From the NCBI GenBank assembly GCA_051867875.1, contig JBJDZG010000004.1, forward strand, positions 12,832-76,831: a stretch of 64,000 nucleotides of DNA. The letters run 5' to 3'. The stretch comes from Eubacteriales bacterium. Its GTDB lineage: Bacteria > Bacillota > Clostridia > Oscillospirales > CAG-272. The stretch's first letter is position 1. Every line of letters begins with the position of its first letter. Of this stretch, positions 55,122 to 62,900 are shown piece by piece. Under the pieces are notes generated by a model that saw nothing but the letters and a program-made list of their open reading frames with translations, made no database searches and had not been told where the DNA came from. The position numbers were made by a program, and so were the translations under genes.

Positions 55122-57446
55122 TTAACCGCCGAAAAGTTCCGAAAAGAATTTTCCGATAGAATTGAAAATCGCTTTGAAGAATTCTCCGATAAGCTCCCAA
55201 AGACTCATTTCCTCAAGGGGCTTTTCAGGAGCAGGCTCATCGGGATTTTCCGGATTATCGGGATTTGAAGGCACATCGGGCTCGGTTGTCTTTTCTGTAT
55301 GAACTGCCGTTATTTCAACGCTCATCGTCGATTTCGTAGCCCACGGAGAGAAAGAAACGTAGCAAGCGGAAGAATCCGTAAAATGACTCATTCCTTCAAG
55401 TGCGCTCGCGGGTATTGTAAGTACGTCAGTTCCGAGAGGAGATATAACGCTCATATTAATACCGCCGTTTTCAGCCGACTCGAATTTAATATCGAACGGA
55501 ATAGACCCCGTATTGCCGTACACGAGATAATCGCTTCTGCCGATAGAAATTCCCGAACCTGTGCTTACACTTCCGCTGGCGAAATCGATATTGATAAGCA
55601 ATCCCTCGTTTGAAAGCCACTTATCTTTATACGTGTTGGAAAGCAAAATTCCGAGCACCTTGTTTTCGGACTGTATATTGAGATTCGTAAATCCGAGATG
55701 CAAGCCGTCAAGGTCAAACGTGGAATTGAAACCGAGGAAGTAGTTTTTCGTAGCCTCGTTCCAGTTCAGTTTGACGCCGATATTCGTGCTGTCCTCTATC
55801 CAGCCTTTTGAGGTCATGGGAGAGATACTGAACGTATCGCTCTTTGAGGGAGCAAATTCGTCCGAGCACTTTGTAATGAAATATTTGTTGTAATATTCCC
55901 TTTCGAGATTTTCAAATTCGTCGAGCTTATCCATAAGATTCTTAATCTTATAGTTGAGCTTGTTAATCTCTTTACGCATCGTCGTAATCAGCTCAAGGTC
56001 GGACTCCGTAAGCTCTTTTTCCATAAGCTCGTCTATTCTTGCGTCAAATCTCGTTGCGATGATTGCGTTTTCCTCTGTCATATCAACAAACTTCTGCGAA
56101 AGCTCGGTGCATACGTAGAAGCAGTCATACGCCCTTACCTTGACCGTATAAGGATACTTAAAATCGCCCGTAAACGTCGTTGAGTAGCTCTTCGGCATAT
56201 TCGTAAGCCCCGGGTCGTTGTAGAAAGGCGTTACTATGGTCTTTGATGCAATTACCGTACCGTTCTCATTCTCTACCAAAACCTCATAGTAAAAGACCAT
56301 ATCGTCGTCCACAGCGGACTTGAAGTCGATTCTGAGCTCAGTGCTTGAAACTTCGATTACCTCTATTCCCGCGGGGAATTGAGGAGCACGGTTGTTTGCA
56401 AGTCTTGTTTCCTTTGAGTAGCGTGTAAGAGATGAACCGTCGGACTTGTATGCGTCGATATACCAAGGGTCCTTTATAACCGTATCTTTTGCAATATCTA
56501 TTCTGGTGATGCGGATATTGTTTTCCTTATCCACCTCAACTATCATTCCCTGCGAGAAAGAACGGCGGTTTTCGGGCTTAATAACGTCAAATTCAATGTC
56601 GGAAGCACTGCCCGAATTAATCTGCGTATACGTGCTCTGATTGATATTCGTTTCAAGATTAAGACCGTAATGGGTGTGTCCGCTGAAAAGAATTACCTGC
56701 GGATATTCTTTGAGCACGCTGTCAAGCTGAACCGATGCTCCCCAATCTCCCGTTCCGCTGATATCGTTGGACATACTGCCGTATACGGTGTCCTTTGCGG
56801 GACTGTGGCTGGATACGAATACGTAAGCGTTGGGATTTTCGCCTACTATTCTGTCGAGCGTATTTCTGAGCCACGTCTCAGTCTCTGCGGAAAGAGTGTT
56901 GTAGTTGGGCATATACGTTTCGATATCAACGCTTATAAAGTGATAGCCGTTTATCTCAACGTGGCGGTTGCCCTTGTAGATGCTCTTCATATCCTTATCG
57001 AAAAGATACATATCGGAGCCGTAAGCGTCAACGAATTCCGCTCTCGTCATACAACCAGACCAGTATACGTCGTGGTTGCCGTTTGTAATAATTACGGGTA
57101 CTTTCGTTACGTCGAAAGCCTCTTTCACTATCGAAGCAAACAACTCTGCCTGCTCCTTTTTACCGTCCTGAGTCTGGTCGCCGCAAAAAAGCACTGCGTC
57201 AATGCCGTTCTTGGCATACTTTTTGATAGTTGCAAGAGTATTTCGGAGAATATTTGCATTGTCGCCAAATCCTACGTGCGTATCGGAAAGGTTGGCAAAC
57301 GTAAATACTATCTCGTTTTCGTTAAATGCGTAATCGGGAGTTGACACGGCAGCCACCTCACTCTCTGCACCTGCAAACATGGGAATAACTCCGAAGCACA
57401 TAACAACAGCCAAAGTCAAACTGAGTATTTTGTTAAATTTAGTCAT
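55122..57446 (-). CDS. Secreted multidomain protein with five parts: metallophosphoesterase, Fn3-like domain, helical segment, uncharacterised beta-rich domain, and acidic/Pro linker with C-terminal amphipathic FF tail
   Basis: Sec signal (ILSLTLAVVMCFGVIPMFAGA|ES). Calcineurin-like motifs are DTHVG, GDQTQDG, GNHD, SSHSP and SGHTH (aa ~46-262). The C-terminus is PDVPSNPDNPENPDEPAPEKPLEE followed by MSLWELIGEFFKAIFNSIGKFFSELFGG. Confidence 0.8.
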   Translation of the reverse strand: MTKFNKILSLTLAVVMCFGVIPMFAGAESEVAAVSTPDYAFNENEIVFTFANLSDTHVGFGDNANILRNTLATIKKYAKNGIDAVLFCGDQTQDGKKEQAELFASIVKEAFDVTKVPVIITNGNHDVYWSGCMTRAEFVDAYGSDMYLFDKDMKSIYKGNRHVEINGYHFISVDIETYMPNYNTLSAETETWLRNTLDRIVGENPNAYVFVSSHSPAKDTVYGSMSNDISGTGDWGASVQLDSVLKEYPQVILFSGHTHYGLNLETNINQSTYTQINSGSASDIEFDVIKPENRRSFSQGMIVEVDKENNIRITRIDIAKDTVIKDPWYIDAYKSDGSSLTRYSKETRLANNRAPQFPAGIEVIEVSSTELRIDFKSAVDDDMVFYYEVLVENENGTVIASKTIVTPFYNDPGLTNMPKSYSTTFTGDFKYPYTVKVRAYDCFYVCTELSQKFVDMTEENAIIATRFDARIDELMEKELTESDLELITTMRKEINKLNYKIKNLMDKLDEFENLEREYYNKYFITKCSDEFAPSKSDTFSISPMTSKGWIEDSTNIGVKLNWNEATKNYFLGFNSTFDLDGLHLGFTNLNIQSENKVLGILLSNTYKDKWLSNEGLLINIDFASGSVSTGSGISIGRSDYLVYGNTGSIPFDIKFESAENGGINMSVISPLGTDVLTIPASALEGMSHFTDSSACYVSFSPWATKSTMSVEITAVHTEKTTEPDVPSNPDNPENPDEPAPEKPLEEMSLWELIGEFFKAIFNSIGKFFSELFGG

Positions 57447-57457
57447 AGGGACCTCCT

Positions 57458-59809
57458 TTAATTATATTTATAGTATACTCCCGCAGAGTCTATCTGAGCG
57501 GCAACGTTATACGTTCCCGTAACCTCAAATCCGAAATTCATTCCTCCGATGTAGATATCTTCCCATGAGGTGTCGCCGAGATAGCCTCTTTCCTTTGCGG
57601 TATTGAAGGCGGCCTTAGCGGCATCGAGAAGGTGGAAATCCACCGTTCTGTATTCGTTTACTACGGGACATTTGCCATTCGGATGAACGAGGGCGGAAGA
57701 GGGCTGATATATAAATGCGTGAGTGGCATCTTCCTTTCCTGCATCCTCTGCGGCATATCCGCCGAAAGGAGCACCGGAAATGCGGTTGTCCCAGAGAGTA
57801 ATTCCAAACCAGACGTAGCTTCCGTAATCCTTGTGTCCTACCGTTCTGTTTTGAAGTGTGATATACCAAACGAGCTGTGCACAGTGCTTATTGGAATCCG
57901 CCGAGCTGCCCATACAGTCCTCAAATTTGGTTATCTCATAGCTCATATTCATTACGAGGTCTTGGAGCTCACTTACGTGAACGAGATTCCCGCCGAAATC
58001 CTGCGATATAAGAGTATGAGGCCAGCTCTCGCCGTCCAGGCGGGGATGGTCGTATTCCACCTGTGCATTAAGCTCCATGTATATAGAGCCCTTCGTGCTG
58101 TCAATGGTCAGAATTTTGCCGGGCACATCGACTCCGTTTATCTTCTGACCTGCGGATACATAAGTATAAGCATTTCCGCCGTTGAAATAAGTTCTTTCAG
58201 CATAATCGTAAATGTCATATTTTGAACCCCACTGAGGGAATACCCAAGATGGCTCATCGGTGGCGTTGACTCCCGCTATGTTGCCGGCAACGCTGCCGTC
58301 GGGCTTCAAAACGGTAAATCCATTTTTGAAAAATGGGTCATTAAAAAGCGCCGTATAGCCGTTTTCGGTGTATTTCTCGTATGCGGTTTCAGAGTCTGTC
58401 ACGGGTGTATCCGGCACGGAAGACTCGCAGTTAAAATTTATGAGAGTTGCAAGAAGATTCATAGCGTAAACACGCGCAAAGAAATCGTTGGGGTGGTTTA
58501 CGTTATTGCTCGACATTTCGGTAAAGTATTTGCCCGAATCAAGAAGATCCTGATGTATAGCACCGATATCGACGACGGACACGTTCTCATAATTCTTTGA
58601 TATCTTTTTGAGATATTCTGTATATTCCGTCTGATTTTTGGACTGATTCTTTGCCATCGGGTTTGCAAGCATTGTTCCGAGAAGAATAATCTCGCAGTCC
58701 GGATTCTGCTTGCGAACGGTACTTATCATACTCATAATATTATTGCAGAAAGTATCTATGGAAAGACCGAGTGTAGCGTCGTTCATACCGAATCCGATAA
58801 TGGCAACATCGGGAACGTATCCCTTGAGCTCGCCCGAAACGAACTGCGTTGCAAGACCGGGCTTCTGTACCTGCTGTCCTGCTATCCAGCCCGTACCGCC
58901 GCCGACTCCGTTGGCAGAAGTCCAACCGCCGACACTGGTATTTTTGAGATTAACCGTTGTACCGTAGTAGGAAGAAAGGCTCTGGGCGAACATCTGGGGC
59001 CACGTGGGAAGTCCCGGATTTATACCGAGCACGGAAGATGAGTTCGCGCCCGTGGATATACTGTCTCCGAATACGAGCACGTTTACTTCTTCTTTATTCT
59101 GCAACTTTGTCAAAGTATTTTTAAGCGTCGTATCGCCGAGATACTCGGGCACCGTTCCCGCCCATACGTTCTCAGCGTGAGTATACGTAACGCAGAGCTG
59201 CATCTGTACTATCTGGTAGCCCTCTGTAAAAGGCAGGCAAAGACCGTCGGTCTTCGAGGGAATATCGGACTGCAAAGTAAGTCCGGGAAATTTCTGCTCG
59301 CCTGTAAGCATCTTATCGGTAACATAGGGCATATTCGTCATAAATTCGTCCATCTCAAGTATGTCGTTATGAACGATACTTCCCTTCGCTACGATATATC
59401 CGTTTTCATAAATGAAGTCCACGCCTTCAGTAAAGGTTTTTATTTCAGAGCCGTTATTTTCGTGGAAATACCAAGTAACAGACTCGATTTTTTCTGCTTC
59501 AAAAAGGAGTTTGGCACGGGGTGCCTCAATAATATTGCCTTCGTCGTCGGTCTTGGCGACGAGCATTACGCTCTCGTCGTACATTTTGTCGCCAACCCAG
59601 AAGGGCTTCGCATATTCTTTAACTTTCATATCGTCTTCCGGAGGATTTTCATTACCGCCGGGATTTGTAGTAGTTGTTGTGGTTGATGTGGTTTTATCTG
59701 TGCCGCCGTTAAACTCTTCCCAAAACTCGTCCCAGGCTGTGCAGGAAACAAGTGGGAGCATAACGGCAAATGTAAGCAACAATGCGAGAATTTTTTTGAT
59801 ATTTTTCAA
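57458..59809 (-). CDS. Lipoprotein: beta-rich N-domain, SGNH/GDSL hydrolase domain and ~300-aa uncharacterised C-terminal domain
   Basis: Lipobox LPLVSC|T, then a Thr-rich linker. SGNH blocks are VLVFGDSIST (block I), GFGMNDA (block III) and NHPND (block V-like). The C-terminal domain (aa ~478-783) is paralogous to the ORF at 63401..64000. Confidence 0.8.
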   Translation of the reverse strand: MKNIKKILALLLTFAVMLPLVSCTAWDEFWEEFNGGTDKTTSTTTTTTNPGGNENPPEDDMKVKEYAKPFWVGDKMYDESVMLVAKTDDEGNIIEAPRAKLLFEAEKIESVTWYFHENNGSEIKTFTEGVDFIYENGYIVAKGSIVHNDILEMDEFMTNMPYVTDKMLTGEQKFPGLTLQSDIPSKTDGLCLPFTEGYQIVQMQLCVTYTHAENVWAGTVPEYLGDTTLKNTLTKLQNKEEVNVLVFGDSISTGANSSSVLGINPGLPTWPQMFAQSLSSYYGTTVNLKNTSVGGWTSANGVGGGTGWIAGQQVQKPGLATQFVSGELKGYVPDVAIIGFGMNDATLGLSIDTFCNNIMSMISTVRKQNPDCEIILLGTMLANPMAKNQSKNQTEYTEYLKKISKNYENVSVVDIGAIHQDLLDSGKYFTEMSSNNVNHPNDFFARVYAMNLLATLINFNCESSVPDTPVTDSETAYEKYTENGYTALFNDPFFKNGFTVLKPDGSVAGNIAGVNATDEPSWVFPQWGSKYDIYDYAERTYFNGGNAYTYVSAGQKINGVDVPGKILTIDSTKGSIYMELNAQVEYDHPRLDGESWPHTLISQDFGGNLVHVSELQDLVMNMSYEITKFEDCMGSSADSNKHCAQLVWYITLQNRTVGHKDYGSYVWFGITLWDNRISGAPFGGYAAEDAGKEDATHAFIYQPSSALVHPNGKCPVVNEYRTVDFHLLDAAKAAFNTAKERGYLGDTSWEDIYIGGMNFGFEVTGTYNVAAQIDSAGVYYKYN

Positions 59810-59851
59810 TTTGTTTCACCTCGTTTGCTGTGAAATGAAGGTTTTATAAGA

Positions 59852-59884
59852 GCTTCCGGGTATTATAATATAACACCCGGAAGC
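59852..59884 (-). terminator. Hairpin downstream of the 1118-aa surface protein gene
   Basis: gcttccgggt-(13 nt AT loop)-acccggaagc, with a weak trailing U-tract on the minus transcript. Confidence 0.45.
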
Positions 59885-59992
59885 CATATATCCGGATTTA
59901 CTTGTGATAAATCCAAAGCCTATTTGCAGTCAATCCGATTAAGAGATTTGTTCCCTTTCCCGAATATTTGCATATAAATTTTTGTATGCTTA

Positions 59993-62900
59993 TCAGCCGG
60001 AAATTTTACCGATAAGACCTACGAAGAAGTTTCTGATAGCGTCAACGATGTTTCTGAAGAAACGAGCCAACTGCTGAATGAAAGTAAGCTCTTCTTCACC
60101 GGGCTCGTCACCGGGCTCGTCGCCGGGTTCGTCGCCGGGTTCGTCGCCGGGCTGGTCAGGGTCATCTACCTTAACGTCTTCACCGCATACGTCGCACTTG
60201 CCGTCTTTATCTGCGTCAACGTGCTCGGTGCACTCAGGTTTGTCTTCGGGCATACCGAATTCAACACCGTTAGCACTTACGAGTGTAAGAATGTTGGGAT
60301 ATGACTTGTCGTCTGCAAATGAACCCATTGAGAAGTATACTTCATCGGGAACTGCATGACCGTTATTAGTAAGAGCCTCAGTCGTGAGCACTATCTCAGC
60401 CTCGTTTACTCTGATAACGTAAGCCCAGTATGTAGCGTCCTCTACGAAGCTGTAATACTCTTCGTACTTAACGGAAATAGTAATTGTACCGCCGTCAAGA
60501 GGTGTAGCGATAGCGCTGTTGGCAAGAGGTACGTCCGTGTAGTTCATAATCTGAACGTTGGATTCTGTGGGATAGAGCCAGATTATGATGGAAATACCGT
60601 CGCTCATCGACTTATAGGAGTCGGGAGATGCCAAGAAGTTGAAGCAAAGGTTATTTGCGCTGGAGCCGTTATTGTAGTATGCTGCGCTCGTAAGCTCGAT
60701 AACTATCTCTGCTCCGGATTTAAGGTTAAGAGGCTTGTTATAGTTGAGACGTGCGGGGAATTCAACCTTGGACTCAACTGCAAGACCTCTGTTGTTCCAT
60801 TCAACAAGCGGAATGTTCGTTGAATTCATGTAGTAGAATACATTTGCGGAAATGTCAAGTTCAAGGTCGGCAAGCTCTGCAGCTATCTCTGCATTCTCTT
60901 CCATGAGGTAATCAAGCTTAATGCCCTTGAACTTATTGCGTACTGTCTTGAACTCGTCAAGAACTGTGTACTGCTTTGTAAGGAGGTCGGAAACCTCTTT
61001 AATCTGTGCGCGAACGTATGCCTCGCAAGCGTCTTTAAGTGTATTGTAACCTGCTACGTAACGGCTGTAAAGCTCGCCGTCTTCCTCTGTAATTGTAACG
61101 TAAGTTGCGATTTCTGCATAAGCTGCCTTAGCGTCGTCAAGATTGGGCTTGATTGTAAGGTCAGCTTTAAGCTTTTCTTCCATAGCCGCGATATAGCTTT
61201 CTTTAAGCTGAGGAAGAACTACTGTTTCGATATTTACTACTGCTTCATCACATACTGCGATAGCGCTTTCAAGAGCTGCTTTGTCTTCTTCATTGAGAAC
61301 GGTTGTAATCTTTACATAAGCCGTTGTTGATGTGTATGCTTCTCTGTAAGCCTTAACCTCAACAAGACCGTCAACGATAGAGGGGTCATTCGCATCGAGA
61401 GCCGCAATCTTTGATTCGTATGTTGTTACCCAGAGAAGAGCGATGCAGTAATCGTGTGCATAATCAAGACCTGCAATAGCTGTGTCAATCTCTGCCTTAG
61501 CGTCGTCGCTGAGCATGGAAGCTCTGCTTGCATACTCTGCCTTTGCATCATTTGTAAGAGCAAGAGCAGCTGCAAGGGATTCATTATTAAGCGTTGTTGC
61601 GTCTGCAACAAGTGCATCGTAAGCAGCCTTAGCTGCATCAAGTTTGTCTGTTACTGCCTTCTTAACGATGAGAACGATATCTTCGTTAGCTGCAAGTTCA
61701 GCGTCAACTGCTGCCATTAAAAGATTAAGTTCAGCAAGCTCTCTTGAACGAAGTCCGTTAAGAGAAGCAAGTGCTTCGGATTTAGCTGCCATAGCTGCAT
61801 CGTAGGAAGCTGCGTCCGTAATGGAATCTGCTGCTGTTTTATAAGCCTCAACCTTAGCCTGCGCGCCTGTTACGGCATCGCTTGCAAGGTAAGCTCTGTA
61901 ATTATCGTCAACGATTTTGTACTCTGCTACGCAAGCGGGGTTTGCTCCGGAGGGGAAACCTGCTGCGATAACGTAGCACTCACCGTTTTCGTTGAGCATA
62001 TCTGCTACCGTTGCTTTGGGAAGATATACCGTGCAGCTCTTTTCATCTGCATTGTAGTTGGCGTTGTTGCCCCACATTGAGCTATCCGTCATCGTAATCT
62101 TTACAGAGTAGAAATCATCATTGTAGGACTCAAACTTAATAGTCCAACCCATTGTTGCGGCCTGACTGCAAACCATGGAGCCTGCTACGCCGAAGCCGTT
62201 ATTCGCAGAAGAAACTTCGGGAGCTGTGTAAACAACGGATGAGGAATTGTAATTGTGATTTGTACCGAAGTGAAGTCTTGCCTGTCCGGAATAGAGTTCA
62301 TTCCAATATGTGATGGAGAAAGGAGAATCGTCTCCAAAATATGCGCCGTTTATACCTGAGAAAATAATGCCGGCGCAGTCGCCTTTGTTGGAAGTCGAGC
62401 GGAAGCTGATTTCCAGTCCGTCGAATTTTACGAGATGCTTATAGTAAGAACGAACGCCCCAACCGGAAAGATTGGAAACTTCTGTGTATCCGTTCTCTGC
62501 AAAATTCATCACGGGAGAACCTGCATAAGCTGCCCAGTCACTGTCTGATGCGCCTACGATACCGGGAACTTCGGGAGTCTCGGGCTCGGGGTCAACGGGA
62601 GTTTCGGGCTCTTCAGCACCTGCAGCTTCTGTAACTCTGATGCTGTAATTGGGGCTCGTGAGACCCGAAGCGGAAACATAGAGCTTGCCCTCAGAGTCAA
62701 GAGCACTTGCAAATGTGGATTTAAGCATATAAACGGTGCAGGAGTGTCCGCCGCCCTCTTCGTCAGCGTAGTTTGCGTTGTTGCCCCAAAGGAGATTATC
62801 CTGTGCTACCGTAAATTTAACTGCGTATGTGTTTTCGTCATAAGAATTTATCTCAATCTTGATGTCGGCATCTGTTACGGTATTAAGTACCATAGAGCCT

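Noticed and set aside
60099-60158. Tandem 12-nt repeats considered as a possible CRISPR-like or regulatory repeat array.
   Set aside because: The units are contiguous with no spacers, lie in frame inside a long CDS and encode a four-residue Gly/Asp/Glu/Pro linker period. This is a coding tandem repeat only.
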